From: an uncultured Eubacteriales bacterium
GTDB taxonomy: Bacteria > Bacillota > Clostridia > TANB77 > CAG-508
NCBI GenBank assembly: GCA_963513115.1
Contig: CAUPPN010000001.1
Span: forward strand, 1 to 34,558
DNA: 34,558 bases
Direction of reading: 5' to 3'
Part shown: positions 17,519 through 25,000 of the stretch, in pieces
Numbering within the stretch: position 1 is the first letter of the stretch
Layout of the letters: the number at the start of each line of letters is the position of its first letter
Position numbers and translations under genes: made by a program
Notes under the pieces: model-generated
What the model was told of the DNA's origin: nothing
The model's database searches: none
What the model saw: only the letters and a program-made list of their open reading frames with translations

Positions 17519-18586
17519 GTGATTAGTGAATTAATAATAACAATAATACTTGCAAGTTTTGGAACATATGTATTTGTTCCAATTACAATGAAACTTGCAA
17601 GGAAATATGATGTTTTAGACTATCCAAATGAAGATAGAAAAAAGCAAAAAATTCCAATGCCAAGATTGGGAGGCCTTGCTATAATAATAGGCTTTGCAAT
17701 TGCAATGGCATATATTATAATTACAAATTTAGTATGTAAGGAAATAGTTTTTGAATCAGAAAATCTTAAATTATTTGTAGGTATGCTATTAGGAGCAATT
17801 GTAATATCTATAACAGGATTTTTAGATGATAAGTATGATATATCTGCAAGACAAAAGTTTATAGGGCAGATAATAGCAGCTGTGATTGTTATGGCATTTG
17901 GTCTTAGAATAACTAAAATATCAATACCATTTACAACAAATGCATGGATACTTCCAAACTGGTTTTCATATTTTATAACATTGCTATGGATAGTAGGAAT
18001 TACAAATGCAATAAATATTATAGACGGGCTAGATGGATTAGCTACTGGAATTGTTTTAATAGCAGCTTTTTCACTTGCTATAGTATTTTATTTAAGTTCT
18101 TCACCATTACTTTCAATATTTATAGCTGTTGCAATAGGTGGAGGATCACTTGGCTTTATACCATATAATAGGTTTCCTGCAAAAACATATTTAGGTGATA
18201 TTGGATCTAACTTCTTAGGTTTTATGCTTGCTACAGTATCATTATTAGGTGTTGGAAAAACATATGTAGTAATAGTAATGGCACCAGTATTAATACTTGG
18301 CATACCAATTTTTGATACATTATTTGCAATGATAAGAAGAGCGGTAAAGAAAAAAAGACTTTCTGCAATGTTTGAAGCAGATGGAAATCATATACACTAT
18401 AGGCTTATAAAAAAAGGATATTCAGTAAGACAAACAGCAAGAATGCTCCAAGGGATTACACTTGCATTTGCATTATTTGCAATAATTGCAATAGATGGTG
18501 GATTACTTAAAAGTCTTACATATACTATACTTGTTTGTACATTAGTATATATAGGTATTGATGATATCTTTCCTAAAAATGAATAG
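17519..18586 (+). CDS. Polyprenyl-phosphate N-acetylhexosamine-1-phosphate transferase (MraY/WecA/TagO family)
   Basis: GTG start with a TAGGAG RBS. About 10-11 TM segments. Motifs FLDDKYD and NAINIIDGLDGLATG. Confidence 0.85.
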   Translation: MISELIITIILASFGTYVFVPITMKLARKYDVLDYPNEDRKKQKIPMPRLGGLAIIIGFAIAMAYIIITNLVCKEIVFESENLKLFVGMLLGAIVISITGFLDDKYDISARQKFIGQIIAAVIVMAFGLRITKISIPFTTNAWILPNWFSYFITLLWIVGITNAINIIDGLDGLATGIVLIAAFSLAIVFYLSSSPLLSIFIAVAIGGGSLGFIPYNRFPAKTYLGDIGSNFLGFMLATVSLLGVGKTYVVIVMAPVLILGIPIFDTLFAMIRRAVKKKRLSAMFEADGNHIHYRLIKKGYSVRQTARMLQGITLAFALFAIIAIDGGLLKSLTYTILVCTLVYIGIDDIFPKNE

Positions 18587-18639
18587 TAGTAATAAAATAA
18601 TATATATAAAACATATAAATAAAATAAAAGATATAAATA

Positions 18640-18667
18640 AAAATCTCTAAATGAGATTTTTAATTTT
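18640..18667 (+). terminator. Candidate rho-independent terminator (AT-rich stem)
   Basis: AAAATCTC / GAGATTTT 8-bp stem with a 5-nt loop, followed by TAATTTT. Confidence 0.5.
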
Positions 18668-18700
18668 GGATTAAAAAAGAGGAGATATAGATATTATTTG

Positions 18701-18729
18701 TTGAAATGTTAACATAATTGTGGTATAAT
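18701..18729 (+). promoter_or_regulatory. Near-consensus sigma-A promoter for the sortase gene
   Basis: TTGAAA (18701-18706), a 17-nt spacer, then TATAAT (18724-18729), with an extended -10 TG at 18721-18722. About 95 nt of leader before the GGAGG RBS. Confidence 0.7.
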
Positions 18730-18831
18730 AAATATATATATTACAATAATAATAAATACAAATGTGTTTTTTAGTAGTATATAAGTGTAGAGAATATAAT
18801 ATTATTTTGTAAATTATGGAGGCTTAAGAAT

Positions 18832-19746
18832 ATGAACAACAACAACAATAATAATGTAAAAGAAACTAGAAAAAATAGAAACAAAAGAGTGTTTTGGCAA
18901 ATAGTTACATGGTGTGGCTTAGCATTAGTATTATTTTCATTATACAATAGGTATAATCAAAATAAATTTGATAATGAAAAACAACAAATAGTACAAAAAA
19001 TGGAAAAAGAAAATTCTGAAAAAATGGAAAAAGCAAATGCAAAAATTGAAGAAAATAGAGCACAACTTATTGTAGCAAATAATAAGAAAAAAGAAACAGA
19101 TGAAAAAATTAAAAAGCTAAAAGAAAGCGAAGCTGTAAAATTTGCATTAAAAGAAGAAAAAATTGCTAAAACATTTAAAGAATTTACTAAGATGTCATCA
19201 GATGTCATAGCATATGTCGAAATACCAAATTTGGAAATTGAAGAACCTATTTGCAAAACAAAGGACAACAGTTATTATTTAAGAAAAAATCTTTTAGGAC
19301 AATATTATGAAAATGGTACAGCATTTGTAGAACAAAATAATAAAATAGATTTTACAGATGACAATACAGTTATATATCATCATAATATGCTAAAAGAAGG
19401 AGTTGATTTTTCTAATCTATATAAGCTAACAAAAGATGGTGTAGCAAGTAAACATCCATATATCAATTTGTATTACAATAACAAATTACATGTATACAAA
19501 ATATTTAGTAGTTATATGGCATACCCAGATGTTGACTATAGGTCATTACAATTCTACGACACATTTGATAAGTTAGATTATTTAGAAGAACTATATAGTA
19601 GAAGTGAAGTTGAATTAGAAAAACCAAGCTTTAATGAAAACACTAAGATAGTAACATTATCAACTTGTGCAGAAGAAGGAATGAGAACTGTAGTACATGC
19701 AATACTTGTAGAAGACGATTCAAGAGTGGCAACAATATATGATTAG
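18832..19746 (+). CDS. srtB: Class B sortase with an N-terminal TM anchor and a K/E-rich coiled-coil spacer
   Basis: GGAGG RBS. TM segment VFWQIVTWCGLALVLFSLY. SrtB-like DNSYYLRKN, catalytic His context TVIYHHNM, catalytic Cys in TLSTC and a downstream Arg (MRTVVHA). Confidence 0.85.
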   Translation: MNNNNNNNVKETRKNRNKRVFWQIVTWCGLALVLFSLYNRYNQNKFDNEKQQIVQKMEKENSEKMEKANAKIEENRAQLIVANNKKKETDEKIKKLKESEAVKFALKEEKIAKTFKEFTKMSSDVIAYVEIPNLEIEEPICKTKDNSYYLRKNLLGQYYENGTAFVEQNNKIDFTDDNTVIYHHNMLKEGVDFSNLYKLTKDGVASKHPYINLYYNNKLHVYKIFSSYMAYPDVDYRSLQFYDTFDKLDYLEELYSRSEVELEKPSFNENTKIVTLSTCAEEGMRTVVHAILVEDDSRVATIYD

Positions 19747-19804
19747 AAAAGAAAAAAGAAAAAAAGTAAAGGTAAAAAAGAAACAAACAAAATATTATAT
19801 TCAT

Positions 19805-19834
19805 AAAAGGCAGGAGTAATCTCCTGCTTTTTTT
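19805..19834 (+). terminator. Rho-independent terminator after the sortase gene
   Basis: GCAGGAG / CTCCTGC stem with a TAAT loop and a 7-T run. An upstream A-run gives bidirectional potential. Confidence 0.8.
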
Positions 19835-19851
19835 ATTTAAATAATTAAAAA

Positions 19852-19910
19852 ATATATATAATAATTTGTGATAAATTATACATATATATAATAATTTGTG
19901 ATAAATTATA
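19852..19910. repeat. Tandem direct repeat (2 x 29 bp, 30-bp period); each copy holds a 7-5-7 palindrome and a TATAAT box. Candidate operator/promoter duplication.
   Basis: ATATATATAATAATTTGTGATAAATTATA occurs at 19852-19880 and again at 19882-19910, with identical copies. Each contains the inverted repeat ATAATTT-GTGAT-AAATTAT. Confidence 0.85.
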
Positions 19911-19953
19911 TATATAATAAAAAAATAATAAAAAAATATGAAAGGGAAAATAT

Positions 19954-20637
19954 ATGGAATTATTAAGGGTAGAAAATTTATGTAAGCATTATGGTAAAGA
20001 AGGAAAAAGTAATTTTGTAAAAGCAGTAGATAATGTATCTTTTACTGTATCAAAAGGTGAATTTGTTTCAATAGTTGGTAAGTCAGGATCAGGTAAGTCT
20101 ACACTATTACATATGTTAGGAGGAGTAGATAAGCCAACTTCTGGAAAGATATATATAAATGGAGTAGATATATATTTACTTAAAGAATCTAAGCTTGCAG
20201 AATTCAGAAGAAGGGAAGTAGGACTTATTTATCAATTCTATAACCTACTTCCAATACTTAATGTAGAAGAGAATATAACTCTTCCTATACAATTAGATGG
20301 CAAAAAGGTAGACAAAAAGAAGTTAGAAGATATACTTAAAAAACTTGGGCTAGAAGATAAGAAGAAAAATTTACCAAATGAGTTATCTGGAGGACAAGAA
20401 CAAAGAGTTGCAATAGCAAGAGCACTTGCAAATGAACCAAAGGTTATACTTGCAGATGAGCCTACAGGAAATTTAGATACTAAAAATGCAAGAGAAATAA
20501 TGGAACTTTTAAAATATACAAATAAGGAATTAGGACATACTATTATTATGATAACACATGATGATGATTTAGCATTAGAAGCAGATAGAATGATAACAAT
20601 AGAAGATGGAAAGATAGTAGAAGATAAGGAAGTATAA
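19954..20637 (+). CDS. ABC transporter ATP-binding protein (MacB/FtsE/BceA-like class)
   Basis: Walker A GKSGSGKST, signature LSGGQEQR, Walker B ILADEPTG and an H-loop in ITHD. Confidence 0.9.
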   Translation: MELLRVENLCKHYGKEGKSNFVKAVDNVSFTVSKGEFVSIVGKSGSGKSTLLHMLGGVDKPTSGKIYINGVDIYLLKESKLAEFRRREVGLIYQFYNLLPILNVEENITLPIQLDGKKVDKKKLEDILKKLGLEDKKKNLPNELSGGQEQRVAIARALANEPKVILADEPTGNLDTKNAREIMELLKYTNKELGHTIIMITHDDDLALEADRMITIEDGKIVEDKEV

Positions 20638-20638
20638 T

Positions 20639-23600
20639 ATGGGGTTTTTTAAAGATATAACAGTTAAATATTTAAAGAAAAATAAGGAAAGAACAATTGC
20701 AACAATTATAGGACTTATGATAGGTGTTGCAATGATACTTACAGTAAGTATGCTTGCTGAATCATCAAAACTTGTAATATCAGATGTGGAAAGAATAAGT
20801 TCAGGAAGTGCAGAAGCAGTATTTAAAAAAGTAGATAAAGAAAAATATGATAGACTAAAGGAAAATAAAAAGTTTGCAGAAGTTGCACCATACTTAAGAA
20901 TAGGATCTGCAAATATATCTCTAGAAGGAGGAATAGATACAAATAAGCCTCAAGAAGCCAGAATATACTATGTAGATATTAATGCAATTAAGAAAACTAA
21001 AGACATATATTTTTCTAAATTAAAAAATAAAGATTATGATATTAAAGAAGGTGATGTATTTTTATCAAATAATTTAGTAAATAATATATCACAAAAAAAG
21101 GACATTGAAGAAAAAATAATAAAAGTTAGAAAAGTAGAAAATAGAGAAGGTTTGCGAGAAGATATACCAGGTGAAATTGATAAAATAGATAAGCTAACTA
21201 TAACAAATAAGTTTGAAGATAACTCAATAGATGCAAGCTCAATATTTGTAGTTAAAGACTTTGAAAAAGAAAATCTGATAGATAGAGCTAAAACATTAGG
21301 CTTTTGTGTAACACTTAAAAATAAGAGCACAGCGCTTAAAACACTAAAACAAATTGCACTTGAAAATAATATGATTAAAGACGAAAAAGAATCAATAAGT
21401 GGTGATATATACTATAATAATATGCTACTTTTACCATATGATACAACAAGTAATAATACAATTAACAAATCACTATTTGTAGTACAAGTATTCCTATTTG
21501 CAGTAATAGGTGTTGCAACAATCCTTGTTATATACAATAGTTTTACAATATCAATTGCAGAACGAAGAAAAGATTATGGTATGTTAATATCAATAGGTGC
21601 AAGCAAAAAGCAGATTAGAAAACTTGTAATAATAGAAGTTATGATAATGGCAACACTTGGATTACTACTAGGCTTTACTATAGGATTTTTAGGAATAAAA
21701 TTACTATATTTTGTACTAAATATACTAATTGAAAAACTAATTGACCTTCAAGCAAGCCAAGGAATTGCAAGCAATATTTCATTACAACTTAAGATGGTAT
21801 TTAATATGTCAGTAATATTAACTACAATTGTAGTTACATATATAATTACATATTTAGGAATACTAAGGCCTGCAAGAAAAGCTGCTAAAACATCACCAAT
21901 TGAATCAATAAAAGGAATAGATGAAGTCATATACAAAAAAAGAAATGTAAAAACAAGTAAGCTATCTAAAAAGATATTAGGCATTGAAGGAGATTTGGCA
22001 AATAAGTCACTTAAAAGAAGTAGGGGAAGGTATAGGATAACCATAGTATCACTTACTGTTTCAATAGTACTATTTTTGATAGTACAAAATACTTTAACTA
22101 TTGGAAATGTGGAAGTAGATAATATATCACCAGATATGTTTAAAGATGCTGACTATATTGTAGGATCATACATAGGTGAAAATGTAAATAAGATGATACA
22201 AGGAAATGAAAACATACCAAAAGAAGAAGTTAAAAAAGAAATAGTTAAACAAGGAAATAACCTTGCAGATAATGATACTAGAAAAGATTTAAATATATTA
22301 AACCTATTTGAAAATGATAATACTGTGTATTTGAAATATGATAATTTCAATGTAAAAAACAAAGAACAAAAAGAATACATAGCTAGAATAAAAGAAGAAA
22401 AAGCAAAAGTTGTTGATAATACTGCCTTTGAAACTGAAAAAGAAAGAAAAAGAGCTAAAGAACAAGAAGAAAAAGAGAAAAAAGATTTAGAAAGTACTTT
22501 TAAAACAAAGATAATAGGAGCAGAAGGAAAACTACTTGATGAATATTTAAAGAAAAATGGAATAGCAGAACTTAAAAAAGGCGAAGCAATAGTTGTAGGA
22601 AACTTTGTAAAACGTACAGGTGAAAATTACTATAGTACAAAGATATTAGATGATAAGATAAAAGAAGACAATTTAACATTATACTCTGGGTTTGATAGGG
22701 TAGTTAAAGAAGAAAATAATGAAGAAGAAACAAATAATGGAAGCAATGGAAAGATAGTAAAAGAAAAAGATGAATTTAGTAAGCTAAAAATTAAAAAAAT
22801 AGTATATGATCAAGAATTTCCTAAAGTAAAAAATACAAGCTTTGAAGATAGATTAGGTGCAATTATAGTTAGTAAAGAAACATTTTTTGATATATATAAT
22901 GACTTAGAAACTAAGAAAAAAGAAAATAATGAAAAATACAAAGAAGAATTAGCTAATGTACATAAAAATGATATATTAGAAAGTGCTAAGGAAAATAACT
23001 ATACTGGAGAAGAAGTAGAAGAATTATTAAAAAATACAGAACATGACCTTAATATAAGTTCTATAAATGTAAATAAGCTATATAGCTATAAGGGACTAAG
23101 CAGAGAAGAAAAGCAAAAAGCAGATAAGGAATTAATAGAACTCGCAGAAAGATTTGCAAAAGAAGGAAGAGAAAATAATAAGATTAGTATGTATGTATCA
23201 AATGATAATATAGCGGCAGTTTTTGCAGCAATAAGAGCAGTAACTACAATAATTAAGATACTAATTTATGGATTCATAACTCTAATAATACTAATATCAA
23301 TATCAAATGTATTTAATACGATATCTACAAATATAATATTAAGACAAAGAGAATTTGCAAATCTTAAATCAATTGGTATGACTAAAAAGCAAATGAGAAA
23401 GATGCTAGATTTTGAATCAATACTATATGGAACTAAGGTTATAATATATGGTGTAGCAATATCATACTTACTTATGAAGCTTTTAAAATATATGTTAAGA
23501 GCAAATGCAACAGTTAATGTAAGTATTAGTTTAAAAAGTATAATCTGTGTTGTAGTAGGTGTACTTGCAATAATCTTTACTACAATGAGATATGCAAGAT

Positions 23601-23653
23601 CTAAGATAGATGATATGAATATAATAGATGTAATTAAAAAAGGATCAATGTAA
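20639..23653 (+). CDS. FtsX/MacB-type ABC permease with two tandem 4-TM modules and two large extracytoplasmic domains
   Basis: Starts 1 nt after the ATPase stop. The unit TM1 - roughly 235-aa loop - 3-TM FtsX domain (aa about 276-405) repeats as TM5 - roughly 370-aa K/E-rich loop - 3-TM FtsX domain (aa about 866-1000). Confidence 0.85.
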   Translation: MGFFKDITVKYLKKNKERTIATIIGLMIGVAMILTVSMLAESSKLVISDVERISSGSAEAVFKKVDKEKYDRLKENKKFAEVAPYLRIGSANISLEGGIDTNKPQEARIYYVDINAIKKTKDIYFSKLKNKDYDIKEGDVFLSNNLVNNISQKKDIEEKIIKVRKVENREGLREDIPGEIDKIDKLTITNKFEDNSIDASSIFVVKDFEKENLIDRAKTLGFCVTLKNKSTALKTLKQIALENNMIKDEKESISGDIYYNNMLLLPYDTTSNNTINKSLFVVQVFLFAVIGVATILVIYNSFTISIAERRKDYGMLISIGASKKQIRKLVIIEVMIMATLGLLLGFTIGFLGIKLLYFVLNILIEKLIDLQASQGIASNISLQLKMVFNMSVILTTIVVTYIITYLGILRPARKAAKTSPIESIKGIDEVIYKKRNVKTSKLSKKILGIEGDLANKSLKRSRGRYRITIVSLTVSIVLFLIVQNTLTIGNVEVDNISPDMFKDADYIVGSYIGENVNKMIQGNENIPKEEVKKEIVKQGNNLADNDTRKDLNILNLFENDNTVYLKYDNFNVKNKEQKEYIARIKEEKAKVVDNTAFETEKERKRAKEQEEKEKKDLESTFKTKIIGAEGKLLDEYLKKNGIAELKKGEAIVVGNFVKRTGENYYSTKILDDKIKEDNLTLYSGFDRVVKEENNEEETNNGSNGKIVKEKDEFSKLKIKKIVYDQEFPKVKNTSFEDRLGAIIVSKETFFDIYNDLETKKKENNEKYKEELANVHKNDILESAKENNYTGEEVEELLKNTEHDLNISSINVNKLYSYKGLSREEKQKADKELIELAERFAKEGRENNKISMYVSNDNIAAVFAAIRAVTTIIKILIYGFITLIILISISNVFNTISTNIILRQREFANLKSIGMTKKQMRKMLDFESILYGTKVIIYGVAISYLLMKLLKYMLRANATVNVSISLKSIICVVVGVLAIIFTTMRYARSKIDDMNIIDVIKKGSM

Positions 23654-23654
23654 T

Positions 23655-23948
23655 ATGTATTATATATATATGCTAAGATGCAAGGATAATTCTATATATA
23701 CAGGTATTACAACTAATTTAGATAGAAGAATGGAAGAACATTTTAATAAAGATGAAAAAGCTGCAAAATATACTAAAAGAGTAGGAGCATTGAAACTTGA
23801 AAAAAGTTTTAAAACAGATAATAGAAAAAATGCATCAAAACTAGAATGGCATATTAAAAGATTAAATAAGAAACAAAAAGAAGAGTTTTTAACAACAAGT
23901 GACTTTGGTGTATTTAAAGGAAAAATACAAGAAGAAAATTATATATAA
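23655..23948 (+). CDS. Small stand-alone GIY-YIG nuclease-superfamily protein (UPF0213/YazA-like)
   Basis: N-terminus YYIYMLRCKDNSIYTGITTNLDRRMEEH matches the GIY-(x10)-YTG...R..EH signature. Starts 1 nt after the permease stop. Confidence 0.85.
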   Translation: MYYIYMLRCKDNSIYTGITTNLDRRMEEHFNKDEKAAKYTKRVGALKLEKSFKTDNRKNASKLEWHIKRLNKKQKEEFLTTSDFGVFKGKIQEENYI

Positions 23949-23987
23949 AATGTAAATGAGATAAGCTAAAATAGATAAAATAAAATA

Positions 23988-24016
23988 TTGATTAATTTAC
24001 ATAATTATGTTATAAT
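23988..24016 (+). promoter_or_regulatory. Near-consensus sigma-A promoter with an extended -10
   Basis: TTGATT (23988-23993), a 17-nt spacer, then TATAAT (24011-24016), with TG at 24008-24009. Confidence 0.7.
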
Positions 24017-24023
24017 AATAACA

Positions 24024-24038
24024 GTTACATTTTGTAAC
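24024..24038. promoter_or_regulatory. Palindrome at the predicted transcription start (candidate operator or 5' hairpin)
   Basis: GTTACA-ttt-TGTAAC, beginning about 8 nt after the -10 box. Confidence 0.4.
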
Positions 24039-24074
24039 ATTTAATTATTAACTTATTTAGGAGGCCAGAAAAAA

Positions 24075-24293
24075 ATGACAGAAGAAAATGAAAAAGGTGT
24101 AAGAAGAGTAATCGAACTAGACTTTGTAGAAAAGAAAATGACAAGCGTATCTGAAAAAAGAGAGCTACAACCAATTGAAACAATTTCAAGTAGTTACACT
24201 GAATCTAATGGTGTATTATACAAAGACAAGTTATATTTACTTTTAAAAGACAAAAGCGGCAACATCAAATTAAAAATAATAGATGTTGACTAA
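24075..24293 (+). CDS. 72-aa hypothetical protein with its own promoter and terminator
   Basis: AGGAGG RBS 10 nt upstream. The ORF is bracketed by a consensus promoter and a strong terminator. No family recognised. Confidence 0.55.
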   Translation: MTEENEKGVRRVIELDFVEKKMTSVSEKRELQPIETISSSYTESNGVLYKDKLYLLLKDKSGNIKLKIIDVD

Positions 24294-24316
24294 CACTTAA
24301 TAATTAAATGGAAATT

Positions 24317-24339
24317 AGGATGCTACTGCATCCTTTTTT
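24317..24339 (+). terminator. Rho-independent terminator
   Basis: AGGATGC / GCATCCT stem with a TACT loop and a 6-T run. Confidence 0.8.
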
Positions 24340-24365
24340 CATGTATTTTTTATTTGTCTTTAATA

Positions 24366-24394
24366 TTGAAAGAATAACTTGTATATGATATTTT
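24366..24394 (+). promoter_or_regulatory. Candidate promoter placing the transcription start at or next to the abiEi-like ATG (possible leaderless mRNA)
   Basis: TTGAAA (24366-24371), a 17-nt spacer, then TATTTT (24389-24394), with TG at 24386-24387. The ATG at 24401 is 7 nt after the -10 box and has no Shine-Dalgarno sequence. Confidence 0.4.
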
Positions 24395-24400
24395 ATATTT

Positions 24401-25000
24401 ATGAATAATGAAGATAAAATACTTGAGAAAATGAAGGAAAATAATGGTATAATAACAACAAAAGAAGTAATTGAAATGGGAATAAGTTCAAAAACCATAA
24501 CAAGACTTGTAAGGAAAGATAAGCTAAGAAAAATAACAAAAGGTATGTATGTAGACAAAGAAAATTTTAATGACCCATATTTTGAAAAATTAGCAAGATG
24601 CAGACAGGGAATTTATTCACACGAGAGTGCTTTTTATTTATATGGACTAATTAAAAAACCAAATGTATACCAAATAACTATTCCAAGTCATTATAATACG
24701 AGAATAATAACACATGATGAGAATGAGTTTTTTTATCTTAAAAAGAATATATGCATTTATGGAATAGAAAAAATAGAAACATTAGAAAAAAATGAAGTAA
24801 ATGTATATAATGTTGATAGAACAATATGTGATATATTACATGATAGTAAGAGAATAACAGAAAATAGATTAAATATGCTTTTTTCAGTATATTTAAATTA
24901 TGAAAATAAAAATATTGAAAAAGCATTTGAATATGCAAAGATTTTAAATGTAGAAGACAAATTAGAATATATGTTAAAAAGAAAAGGAAAAAATGTATGA
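24401..25000 (+). CDS. AbiEi-family protein (type IV toxin-antitoxin antitoxin / transcriptional regulator domain)
   Basis: N-terminal winged-helix segment NNGIITTKEVIEMGISSKTITRLVRKDKLRKITKGMYV followed by IYSHESAFYLYGL...ITIP...VYNVDRTICDIL, the pattern typical of AbiEi_4-type proteins. The stop overlaps the next start (ATGA). Confidence 0.75.
   Translation: MNNEDKILEKMKENNGIITTKEVIEMGISSKTITRLVRKDKLRKITKGMYVDKENFNDPYFEKLARCRQGIYSHESAFYLYGLIKKPNVYQITIPSHYNTRIITHDENEFFYLKKNICIYGIEKIETLEKNEVNVYNVDRTICDILHDSKRITENRLNMLFSVYLNYENKNIEKAFEYAKILNVEDKLEYMLKRKGKNV

Noticed and set aside
18677-18700. A strong Shine-Dalgarno-like AAGAGGAG after the wecA-like terminator, suggesting a hidden small ORF
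   Set aside because: No ATG or GTG follows within range. The only TTG gives a 4-codon frame. It probably belongs to the A/G-rich region upstream of the sortase promoter.
18832-18858. (AAC)4(AAT)3 trinucleotide run at the sortase start (poly-Asn) as a phase-variation switch
   Set aside because: Slippage in triplet units keeps the reading frame, so it could change the poly-N length only. It is not an on/off switch.
19852-19910. Possible CRISPR-like or mobile-element terminal repeat
   Set aside because: There are only two directly abutting copies with no spacers, no cas or transposase genes and no matching inverted copy elsewhere in the window. A duplicated operator or promoter explains it better.
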